From Toensbergia leucococca (lineage: Eukaryota), in assembly GCA_022813965.1 (NCBI GenBank), contig JALDZS010000059.1, positions 1-64,000 of the forward strand: a stretch of 64,000 nt of DNA, written 5' to 3'. Shown in pieces: positions 53,490 to 64,000 of this stretch (within the stretch, counting starts at the first letter, position 1; each line of letters begins with the position of its first letter). The notes beneath the pieces were generated by a model, which did no database searches, was not told where the DNA came from, and saw only the letters and a program-made list of their open reading frames with translations. The position numbers and the translations under genes were made by a program.

Positions 53490-54385
53490 ATTAAGACTAG
53501 ATTTCCCGGTGGTGTTTTCATACACGGGGCCTTGCCCTACTCTAAGCGTCCTTTTAATCCAGATTGAATCTTGTGACCTCACCCGCCCTCAGGGGTGGAT
53601 CTTGTCTATGTTTTTTCTATAGTGGTTGTGGGTCGATGTAGGGTTTGGTTGTGAGTCCAATTATGGAGGCTTGTGGTCGCCTCCACAGAAGACCCCGAAG
53701 GTTGAGCCCAGAAGAGGTCGGATAAAGGAATAGTGGTGGAAGTGAGGTCCCGCCAACTTGGAGGAATTCTCAGAAGAAAGCCGCTGAGGCGCCAGAGTTG
53801 ATCTCTTCTGCTAGTTTGGCTATGAGGTTCGAAAGACAGTATTTGCCTTTCGTTGTTGGTCGGAGGATGTTTGGCTCAAGTAGGCGATGTTGCCTCTGAA
53901 AACAGGGTTTTGAGAGATGCGATAAAGGTATACAGAAGGGATAGGATGTAGTTTATGCGATAGAATAGATCGATTGTCTGGTTTGAGGGAGTTGAGAAAC
54001 ACCGAGTGGTGTGTTATGAATGAAAGAAGAGGAAAGAAAAGACATGCTGTGCGCCATTTTCCATGAAGACTTCGATAAACTAAATATCACGCTAATGTCG
54101 CTAATGTCGCCGTCCGGAGCCAGGGTGAAGGTGCACATGCAGACGGGAATACCCGAAAGAGAAGAAATCATCACAGAAGTCACAGAAGCACTCCCAAAAC
54201 ATATCCACGATACGACGCGACAGAGCTTGGTAACCATGTGGTGGTGCATGGACACTCAATCTGTGTAACATGTACAGTATAGCAAAGGGAACCCTATGCC
54301 GGATACTCCATATCCGTGATCCAAATGCATTGCTATCAAAGTACTCGAAAGTTTTCTATCTGCTCTCAATTAGCCTTCCACATCA

Positions 54386-55493
54386 TCAATCGTCCACTGC
54401 GTTAATCCAACTTCCAAGCCAATTCCATCCCAGAGTCAGCTTATCCAGCTCTTCAAGGGCCTCGTTTACCTTTCCTGTCCCATTTTCCTCCTTTTTACCT
54501 TCGAATTCCACAAGGAATATATAATGCCAAGGCTTGATTCGGCTAGGTCTGCTGTTGATGCTTGTGAGATTCAAGTTGTGCGTCTTGAACACCATCAATG
54601 CATCAGCCAAAGCTCCCCGTGTTTGGTGATTGACATTGAAAGCGACTAGCGTCTTCCATTTTGCGTCGCCTGAGTTTTGGGACAAAGCGTCAGAGATCGT
54701 CCAAGGCTTCCCTGTTGGCCCTTTTCCAATAATAAAGAAGCGCGTTTTGTTGTCTTCTCGGTCCTGTATGCCTTTGGCTAGGACATCTAAATGATGAACT
54801 TCTGCCGCAGTCCTACTAGAAATTGCCGCTGTGTTTTTAGTACTGTCCTTGGCGACCAATTCTCCAGCTTTAGATGTTGAAGAAACCTCCTGACGTTCGA
54901 TACCCTTCAGGTAAGTCGTCAGGAAGGCTTCACACTGCCCAAACGCCTGAGGATGGGAGTAAATGCGGGTTATATGTTGAAGACTGGTCAAAGGCTGTGA
55001 TTTCGGTTTTACAGGGTAAGGCACACTGCTAGTAGGCGTGGCATGACCTGACGACGCTTGGCCAGTCGAAGACGGGAACACAGCATGACCAAGCAAGTAA
55101 TGATGAACATCCAAGTAGGCTTCTCCGCAGATGTGAATATCGAAATATTCATTCTGACGGTCAACCAGGAGATCTAGTGTATACACAACAGAACCATTCG
55201 TTGAGTTCTCAAACGGAACCACACCATATGGCGTGACTGAGGACTGTACCGCAATAAATACGTCTGGGGGATCAGTGCATTTTCAGAACGGCGCTTGAAG
55301 GCTGGTAGATTACCTTTTATAGAGCTTTGAGGTTCAAAGGAGTCCGTCTCTTTATCGAAGGTCTCTAGAGCTGCCTGGATAAGTATCAGTATAATGTTTG
55401 GCTTTTATTCGTCAGTAGACCTGCCTGATGGGTGTAGGAGGAGGGAGGTCCAAGGTAGGCTATACGTGCTCCGGGCCCATCGGAGTTCGCCAT
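54386..55493 (-). CDS. PHA2: Prephenate dehydratase with ACT domain, 3 exons
   Basis: IAYLGPPSSYTHQ/AA, VVPFENSTNGSV, YSHPQAFGQC, NKTRFFII, NLTSINSRP. Confidence 0.95.
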
Positions 55494-55847
55494 GATTTGC
55501 TGGCACTGGCTGACTTCTATTAGGTGTTGATGGAAAATGTTTGGAATTTATTCGGAAAACGACTAGACTTGCGAGATGAAAATACAACGCTGACGCTTCT
55601 TCACAGTCCATTTTTGAGTCCTTGCTCCAAACACATCTACACAAGAGAGGCGGCTGTGCGGTAGAATTCATGACCATGACATTGTCAGGTACCTAGGATT
55701 CTGAGGGCACAGGATACTGACTCTTTGCATCATTCTCACCGAGAACGGCTTATTCAATTTTGGGCCACCCGTGTGACTGTTACTTCCAGTCCTATCATTT
55801 ATGTGCTATATAATATACGCCACTTTTAATGTGCATGAATTGCTTTC

Positions 55848-58172
55848 TCAGTGAGGCCCTGCGTTGTCGTGCGGTAAGAAAACCCAAATCGTTCCCACCA
55901 CGCCCATTATCGAACAAACAACAATCAGTACCCAGTTAACCATCTTCTCTGTCTTGCTGATATCATTGCTGAATAATCTCAGGTGAAACGTCAGAGGAAG
56001 AACAATGCAAATACTGAAACAAAGCGCCGACCCCATGAGTGCCATTATGCTATCAAATGAAGGGAAGAAAATTGCGAGAAGTAAAATTACTATTATCGTG
56101 GCAACTCGTATGATGCATTTTAGCAAACCGCGATAAAACCCTGAAAGCCCGAGGAGGCCCGGAGACGACGAAACAGCACGAGCACCGAGTCCACAAAAAT
56201 TCTCAATTGTACTGACAATAGGTCGACCGCTTCAACAGACGTTAGCTATGAATGCATGACTGTCAGGCTACCAATTGATTGACTTACTTCAACGGAATTT
56301 TAGTAAGTGGAATGATGGCAATAAAAATCACAATGCATACGGAAAGAGATTTCGGATACCCCTTGGTTAGAAGGATGTTGGAGGTAAGTTCGTCACGTAT
56401 ATCATCGCCGAACATCAACAGCCCTGCGACTGCCATGCTCACGTCTAGAGGATACTGCCCACCAATCAGTGACTCCCTCAGTTGAGCGAGACTACTTACT
56501 CACAGCAAATCCATATGTGATGTTCAAGGCTTTTCTATATTTGTGAGGATGCCGCATATCACGGTAGATGTTTGGAAAGACGCTATGACCACCCCACGGT
56601 GCTGATAGAATGGGTCAGTGGCCGCTTGCATCTCAGACTCAAGGGTAGATGACGCACACATCAAGAGACCGAAACTTAGCGGCAAGGTGTTCCATTCCTG
56701 AGGGAAAAGATACGTTGCGGCCGGCTCCCTTAGCGAGCCAGGTTGATGCGGCTTGAGAATACCATCAATGAAGACAAAAATGACAACTGCTTGGAACTTA
56801 GTATTATTCTGGACTAGCGAGAATTCAATGTACTCACGACCAATACAACTAACAATGCCGAGGACGCTGGTGAAACTCAATAGTCGGAGAGGCACGAAAA
56901 ATAGAGGAAGAAGCACCACCCCACAAATGATCTTCCACTCAACAATTCCCCACCCAGGGATAAGGGCATCTAGGCTATCGGCGAATAGCACAACTAGTGC
57001 TACACAAGCCGCGACAAGTTCAATGGTAAAGAGAATGCTGGTGGCTATCCGTGCTTTTGATCCAAAGGAGACGTACGCTAAGTCGGCAAATGTAACAAGA
57101 GAACTATCGACATTGAGACACTTGGCGAGAAGCCCGGCAGTGTAATTCGTGACAATCGCGGCAAATAGTAGAAAGAGCATTCCGATCAGCCAACCGGCGT
57201 ATTTGATTCCTAAGGGCAAGCTCAAAAGACCCACACCTATCAAAACGTTCACGGAATTGAAAACAGTCTGCGGTAGAGTTGATTGGCCTATGACAACGTG
57301 TATAATCTTGCCATCTTCTCGCTCAACTTTCTTTAGAAGGAGCGGTTGTCGTTCTTTGTCTGGATCTTGCACGCCTGAGATTTGCTGCTCTTGAAATAAC
57401 CGGCCAGCATCTCGCTTCGACGACTCGTTGACTCGTGATGATAGTGACCCGTACAAGCCACCATAACTAGATGCAAAGGGGGATGCCAAATATGGCGCTT
57501 GTGCGAAGACATCGCTCTCCCGGTCATCTTTGGGGTTAACAGCTGCCTGCGGATCCGAAGATTCATCGTCGATATGTTCTGCTGCAGTCGACTCATCCTG
57601 GACAGCATTTTCTGGCGACGTTCCTTCTCGCTCTAATTGTTGTCGAATTAGAGATCTGTGCTGAGTTGGAGTTCGCTCTTCACTTGGCGGTCGACGCTCG
57701 TTCTGTTCTTGTTCTTGTTCGGAGACTATGAACGAGTGCCGAACAGGTGTGATTTCGGGAAAGGCAGCTGCACGTTGCCAGGAGCGTGAAAAATTCTCTA
57801 TACTATTGACACCCCCCGCTTGAGCAAGGGAACTGATCCGCATCGAGATCGACGACCTGTTGACCGACAGAGACAATTAGTACAAAGTAGGTAACGGGGT
57901 GGACGAAGAATTGAAAGCCATGGAGCCTCTTGGATTCTACCTGCGAGATCTTACCTGCGCCGGTGCAATCCCCGGGCCGACCCATCGTTCCCCCCATTGC
58001 CACCGTTAGCACCATTATTCTGGGGTATATTGAGTCGGCCTGATGTACTTGTGGGCGAAGGAGCGTCAAAATGAACTCGACTATTGAGCGACCCTACAGA
58101 ACCCTGTCTCGGCGATCTACCATGCTCATAATCATCCCAGTTTGTGGGACGCTTGGGAGTTGAGTTGGTCAT
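55848..58172 (-). CDS. AVT1: Vacuolar amino-acid transporter (AAAP family, Avt1-like), multi-exon
   Basis: [72 protein letters not shown]. Confidence 0.85.
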
Positions 58173-58933
58173 ATGTTCACATTCTCATGGCAGGCAGTAT
58201 CAATATCTAGGAAACGGCAAAAGCGGAGAAGGGCGAGATCTTGAAAGGACTTGAGAGAGCCAGAGATTGGCCACACAGTTGACAGGACTGACTTGCAAAT
58301 GTCTCAAAGGTGGGGTAAAATTTGACTGTCACGCGGAACTGTACAGTGTGCAAATATGTGGTGGAGAAGAAAAAGTAGTTGGTAAAGGAATGTGGACACA
58401 AGTGTCATAATTAGAGGATAAGTAGAAAGTCAATGAATAATCAGTGTCATAGACGATAGACTTTTCTCATTCATAAGTTAGTAGTTATATAGTAGTGGGG
58501 GCGAGATAAGAATCTTGAAGATCTCAGCTTCCGAGGCCCCGCTCCTGCACCACTCCAATCGAGATTTTATCTAAGCGAACCGTTGGGTTGTGCCCTAATC
58601 AGTTTCAAACATTGTGACTGCAATCCGAGGACGTAGAGAACACTGAAGTCTATTGAAAGCTGAAGGTCGATAAACATGAAGGTATTGAGAGAGTGCTCAA
58701 GAGACTCGATAATAAATGGCTGCTTTCAAGAATGAATGAATCCAACATGTGTCAGAAGGAGGTATGACAGTCGTTGCCGGCTTCCGTAGAATTTCATGAC
58801 TTTGCCGACCAAATCTCTCTTCTTCCAAGACAATAGACTTTTTCCAGGACTGAATCAAATCGAAACTCTCTAGGAGCTGGCGGTCTCAAATCACTACAAG
58901 TAAAAGGCTTCTTGCATAACTCCGCCGCACACA

Positions 58934-60396
58934 ATGAGCGCTGCCCAGGCGAACGAGGCCGAGAAGAACATAGAAATATGGAAGGTGAAGAAGCTCATAA
59001 AGCGCCTCGAGGCTGCAAGAGGGAACGGAACGTCCATGATATCGCTCATTATCCGTGCGTGTGCTTTGCAGAACCTGTGACGTCTAACGCTATGACTGAC
59101 AGCATTTCGCAGCACCAAAGGATCAGGTCTCACGAGCAGCAAAGATGTTGGCCGAAGAATTCGTATGTTGATGGATTTATATATTGGAGAAACTTATTGA
59201 CTCTTCTAGGGTACTGCTTCGAATATTAAGTCCCGAGTCAACCGCTTGTCTGTTCTATCAGCTATTACTTCAACCCAACAACGCCTCAAGCTATACACGA
59301 AAGTACCTCCCAACGGGCTGGTCGTATATTGTGGCGAAATCATAACCTCCGAAGGCAAGGAACGTAAGATCAACATCGACTTTGAGCCTTTCAAGCCAAT
59401 CAATACATCATTGTACTTATGTGATAACAAATTCCATACCGAAGCCTTAAGCGAGTTGCTAGAGTCAGATCAGAAATTTGGCTTCATCATCATGGACGGG
59501 AATGGAGCTCTTTTCGGAACGCTCAGTGGAAACACGAGGGATGTGGTCCACAAATTCTCCGTCGATCTTCCGAAGAAGCATGGCCGCGGTGGCCAGTCAG
59601 CTTTGCGCTTTGCTCGTTTGCGTGAAGAAAAGAGACACAACTATGTCCGGAAAGTCTCAGAACTGGCTGTACAAAACTACATTACGAACGACAAAGTCAA
59701 CGTCGCAGGACTAATTCTTGCAGGTTCTGCAGACTTTAAGAATGATCTGAATCAATCTGACATGTTTGACAATCGCTTACAGAGCAAAGTTATCAAGGTG
59801 GTTGACGTGTCATATGGTGGAGAGAACGGATTTAATCAGGCCATCGAGCTAGCATCCGAGACACTGGGCAATGTAAAATTTATTCAAGAGAAGAAACTAA
59901 TTGGCAAGTACTTCGAGGAGATAAGTCAAGACACTGGCAAAGTCTGCTACGGTGTAGAGGATACGCTCAAGGCACTTGAGCTGGGTGCAGCCGAGACCCT
60001 GATTGTATATGAGAACCTTGACGTTAACAGATGGGTGCTGAAAGCATCAAGTGGATCGGATGTGGTCCTTCACACGAGCAAGGATCAAGAGGCAGGTCGA
60101 GAAATGTTTATGGACAAAGAAACCGGTCAAGAGATGGAAGTCGTTGAGCAAGGTGCGTTCTTGGAATGGCTCGCTGAGAAGTACAAAGACTTTGGGGCTT
60201 CGTTGGAATTCGTTTCCGACCGTTCTAGCGAAGGGAATCAATTTGTGAAAGGCTTTGGCGGGATTGGAGCCATGCTTCGCTACAAAGTTAATTTTGAGCA
60301 GCTCGCAGATTTCGAAGAAGAAGACGAGTTCTATGATGGTAAGTCGACGAATGTTATCCCTTAATTAGCAAAGCTGACTGGTTTCATGCAGATTGA
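58934..60396 (+). CDS. SUP45: Eukaryotic peptide chain release factor 1, 4 coding exons
   Basis: [25 protein letters not shown] and the GGQ motif (KKHGRGGQS). The last intron 60339-60391 leaves ...FYD-D-TGA. Confidence 0.98.
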
Positions 60397-60612
60397 CGGT
60401 TTGGTAACCTCGCATTGAGCGAGGAAGCGCGCCCAGATATTCCGTCGAGGAAAGATCTGACGGGTCCTCGCCACTGGCGCCCCGAAGACGCCACGGGCGG
60501 TCCAAAGTTGGCCATAAAGAAGACTGCAGTGATTCGCGCTATTTTGTAGTGACACCAAGGTTGGTACTGGATGCTTCTGTGTCTCACGCATCGAAGCTGA
60601 CATCAGCGACAG
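60394..60612 (+). promoter_or_regulatory. Putative readthrough/NMD cassette in the eRF1 3'UTR
   Basis: TGA-CGG stop context, hairpin 60408-60424, next in-frame stops TAG-TGA at 60547-60552, predicted intron 60560-60606/60612. Confidence 0.7.
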
Positions 60613-60894
60613 AAGGAACCTGAAGCAGTGAAGAAGAGCATGATCAGAATTGGTAGATTTGAGTTGTCCAGAGCTGCGATCCTTACCTGCAGCCTGATCT
60701 TGGAGGTTTGAGTACGGAACAATCGCTTGAGAACGGATTTCAAGGGTCTTACGATCATGTCGAGAACCTCTGGCTTCTCATTCTCGTGGTCATATGCTAG
60801 CGATTGCCCTAGATTGAATAAAAGTACTGTCGTTCTGACTACCTGACATAAATGGTCCCTGTGAAAACTAAAACTACTCTTTGGGTATCTTAAA

Positions 60895-61818
60895 TCAACG
60901 CAGTACAATAGCAAAATTGTTCCTCATCTTACCCGGCCTCACCTCCTCCTTCCTGAATATCTTGCCCTGAGTCTCCTTTTGCCTGTCAAATCTCCAAAAA
61001 TAGTATACTACCTTCGCACTTAACTTCCTCCTCACTATCGTAAATCCTAAACTCTGCATGATACCCTGCAACCTCTCTTCATCTAAATACCTTGAATTCG
61101 CTAAGCAAGATGCTGGCAACACCAGGAACAAGCCCGGGAAAAACTCCCCTTTCCCCTCTTTCTCTTGAAGTCTTGTCGAGCACCTCAGGAACCTCCCTAC
61201 CCGCTTCAACATCTCTCCCCTCCTCGCAGCATCACCAACGTAATTAACCACAAGGCTCAAGCTCACAACATCGAAGCCACTTTCCTCGATCACATCCAGC
61301 GCCGGTACAGGTCGTTCCATGAAATCCTGCTCCAGTATGCCTGGATCTTGCGAGTGTAGATCTATTCTAGTGACATCGAAAATCCCGCTCCGGGAGTGCG
61401 CGTTGTCTGTCCTCAGAGCACCGACTTCTAGCATCCGCAATTTTCTAGATGTGCCAGGGAAAGAGGAATTGGGTGATAAGGGCGTAGAGATGCGGGCAGC
61501 ATGACAAGTGAGGTGAGAAAGCCAGTCCATGAGCACGCGGCTCGAATCCCCGCCTCTAGAAGACGACTGTCCTTGAATGCTGGCTTGTTGATATGTTTCA
61601 AGACCGCCCAATGCATCAATGCGAGATTTTACGGAATCCACCAGTGCAGTGTCATTAAGAGCATTGGCACTGGACAACTGCTTTTGAAGGGTATGATGGG
61701 TTCGGATTAGAGTGCGAGTGGCATGTGAGGGTAGAGATGGGAGCTTCCTCTTCTGAATTGATTTGGGACGGGTATGGGACAACAGTTGAGGTTTTCTTTT
61801 GGATTTCCTAGTGGTCAT
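60895..61818 (-). CDS. BMT2: 25S rRNA adenine-N1 methyltransferase (DUF3321)
   Basis: LGGLETYQQASIQGQ...RGGDSS, LEVGAL, RIDL, QDFMERP, SLSLVVNYV, NNFAIVL. Confidence 0.92.
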   Translation of the reverse strand: MTTRKSKRKPQLLSHTRPKSIQKRKLPSLPSHATRTLIRTHHTLQKQLSSANALNDTALVDSVKSRIDALGGLETYQQASIQGQSSSRGGDSSRVLMDWLSHLTCHAARISTPLSPNSSFPGTSRKLRMLEVGALRTDNAHSRSGIFDVTRIDLHSQDPGILEQDFMERPVPALDVIEESGFDVVSLSLVVNYVGDAARRGEMLKRVGRFLRCSTRLQEKEGKGEFFPGLFLVLPASCLANSRYLDEERLQGIMQSLGFTIVRRKLSAKVVYYFWRFDRQKETQGKIFRKEEVRPGKMRNNFAIVLR

Positions 61819-62068
61819 GATGAGAGATTTTCATGACCCAGCCAGCTAAGCTAATTAGGAACGTTCGAATTGATCAGCCCATGAGGTAGACCAAGAAGTT
61901 TCTTGATATTTTGTCGTTAAGGTAGTTTTGCTGTACCACCGTACTGTAAATTCCAAGTTTGGTATCATCCACGCTAGCGTAGCCCACAAACTAGGGTTTG
62001 CCAAGCGAGAAACGAACGAACTTCTTCATGCTTGATCATTAACGACATCGATAGGTACAACGACAGCG

Positions 62069-62890
62069 ATGGCGCCGAAAGAGCAGAAAACCAAGAAAGG
62101 TGAGCTACGTTTCCATTTTTGACGATATTTCTAGGTGTTGCTAGTATTAGGAATCATGACATTTCAGCTGCCATTGTCAGGGATCTAGTCTTGCTGAAAC
62201 AATGAGAAGACCGTTCTATAAAGGCACTCGTTTCACGGACCTTACCCGGGATCAGTCCTAAATCTTGTCTTTAAAAATGCTAATATATCGATGCATAGGC
62301 CCCAAACCCGCCGGTAAATCCAGTGCCAAAGCCAACGCCGCCGCAAAGGCTACTCTCCGCGGTGTAATACTCACTTCCCTTCTTTCCTCCCTCCCATCCC
62401 TACTTTTCTGACTTCAACCCATAGGTAAACTCCCACAAAGTCCGCAAAGTGCGCCTTAGTACGACTTTCCACCGGCCTAAGACCCTTCAACTTTCCCGCT
62501 CCCCCAAATACCCTCGCAAATCAGTTCCACATGAACCTCGCCTCGACCACCACAAAGTGCTCATCCACCCATTAAATACGGAGAGCGCGATGAAGAAAAT
62601 CGAGGAGAATAATACGTTGGTGTTCATTTGCGATGTCAAGGCGAATAAGAGGCAGATCAAAGAGGCATTGAAGAAGCTGTACGATGTGGATTGTGTGAAG
62701 ATCAATACGCTGATTAGGTATGTTACTGGGCGCAAGATTCACAGTGGCAAATGTTGGAATGCGAGGGCTTGGGAAAAGCGGAGTGGCTAATAATTGACGC
62801 AGGCCTGACGGAACGAAGAAGGCTTTCGCGAGGTTGACGCCTGATGTTGACGCTCTGGATATTGCAGCGACGAAATTGGCGATTGTCTAA
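62069..62890 (+). CDS. RPL25: 60S ribosomal protein L25 (uL23), 4 exons
   Basis: [58 protein letters not shown]. Confidence 0.97.
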
Positions 62891-63243
62891 GAGGGTGGCT
62901 TGCATTTGTTGGCTGGGGCGCGGAGATAGCTAGAATTGAATGGTGCTCTCAATCATCTACACGCAACCTTGATCAAATTCATAAGAATTTTCCATTAACT
63001 TCCGAGACGATCTGAAGACAGGATTGGGTATTACTGCGTCATAATTGTTGTACATAAAGCGTTGACACAGACCACGCCATCCAATATGCATGCTTTTCGC
63101 CCGTTGTTTAGAGCGACTGCTCTCTTCGTGTCCGCTCTCCCCATTATCCCATTCTCTCCCCAAACATGAACCGAAACTTCACATACCCCCTACCACATAA
63201 GCCACTTCCCCTTTCACCCTTAGCTTCGATTTCAACCCATCGC

Positions 63244-63594
63244 TCACTGCCCCCGCATATTCTCCAATTGCTTCAAAATGGTTAGATTTGCATCCAAAAA
63301 CCTCTCGACGCACAACTGGGTGCAGATCTCCTCGTTCTTTTCCAACTTTCCCGATGATATCCGGCCCGTGATGCACTTTTTCCAGCAGATTTCTGTAAGG
63401 TTGTGGATGGCTGTTTGCAAGGTAGAGGTCAGCGGAGGAGTTGTTCTAGGGGATTTGTCAGGGACTTTACAGTTCTGGACCTTTCCCTTTTGCATCTCAT
63501 TCATGATGAAGTGGTTTATTTCTTCTTGGTCCTTGTTGGACATTTTTTTCATCGCCTCCCATTCCTCCTTTGATAATTGTGGTCCAAAGTCCAT
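63244..63594 (-). CDS. TIM8: Small Tim chaperone, twin CX3C, 2 exons
   Basis: IHNLTEICWKKC...EEICTQLCVERFLD; intron 63411-63470. Confidence 0.9.
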   Translation of the reverse strand: MDFGPQLSKEEWEAMKKMSNKDQEEINHFIMNEMQKGKVQNCKVPDKSPRTTPPLTSTLQTAIHNLTEICWKKCITGRISSGKLEKNEEICTQLCVERFLDANLTILKQLENMRGQ

Positions 63595-64000
63595 GGTACT
63601 CTATTAGCAAGAATTGGGGTTATTGAGTGATTCTGGGTCGATGGGAAAATCGTCCTATGAGTTCTTGTGCAATGATGGTCCGTTGTTATTGTTGTTGTTA
63701 TGGAGTGCTCATTGAGATTCCAAGGGCAGATATTTGCCGTGTTTGTCTGAATACGAGCAGAATACCCCCCCCCCAGCGGTTCCCCACGCAGCATTACGAG
63801 TACCTTGTGCTCTCTTCGCGATACAGTATCCACCAGAGCAGGAGCTATGCTGACTGACTACAGGTAGGATCTATGTTTGACTTGAATTTCATTGATCTAG
63901 TTTATCAGCTCCTATGCTTTGCACCCAGAAGGCAGTGATTGAGCAAAAATGTATGAACGCCTTTGTTCATGAACAAACAAACTATCATTGTCAATCAAAG

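Overview
Gene-dense nuclear DNA from a filamentous ascomycete (Pezizomycotina-type, with short GT-AG introns and CTRAC/CTGAT branch sites). It holds about 29 mostly housekeeping genes: DUF3602-like, MTO1, RBX1, SPC1, HTD2, SMI1/KNR4, MMM1, VRG4, PLP1, an FAD oxidoreductase, UIM-TDP1-like, a WOPR/Ryp1-type transcription factor, CRD1, an SDR, ADI1, a yapsin-like protease, RFC4, RCE1, a Ser-rich membrane protein, an orphan ORF, ALE1, VPS45, Edc1/PNRC-like, a CorA transporter, PHA2, AVT1-like, eRF1, BMT2, RPL25 and TIM8. I found no CRISPR array, rRNA, tRNA or intact transposon. The strongest regulatory signal is at the 3' end of eRF1 (SUP45): a leaky UGA-CGG stop, a hairpin, a 50-codon open extension, a double stop and then a predicted 3'UTR intron. 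This matches the readthrough/NMD autoregulatory architecture. The most striking unexplained structure is a series of roughly kb-scale C+A-rich to G+T-rich strand-skew inversions that do not depend on gene orientation. Exon boundaries were read by eye and gene names come from motif recognition, not database searches.
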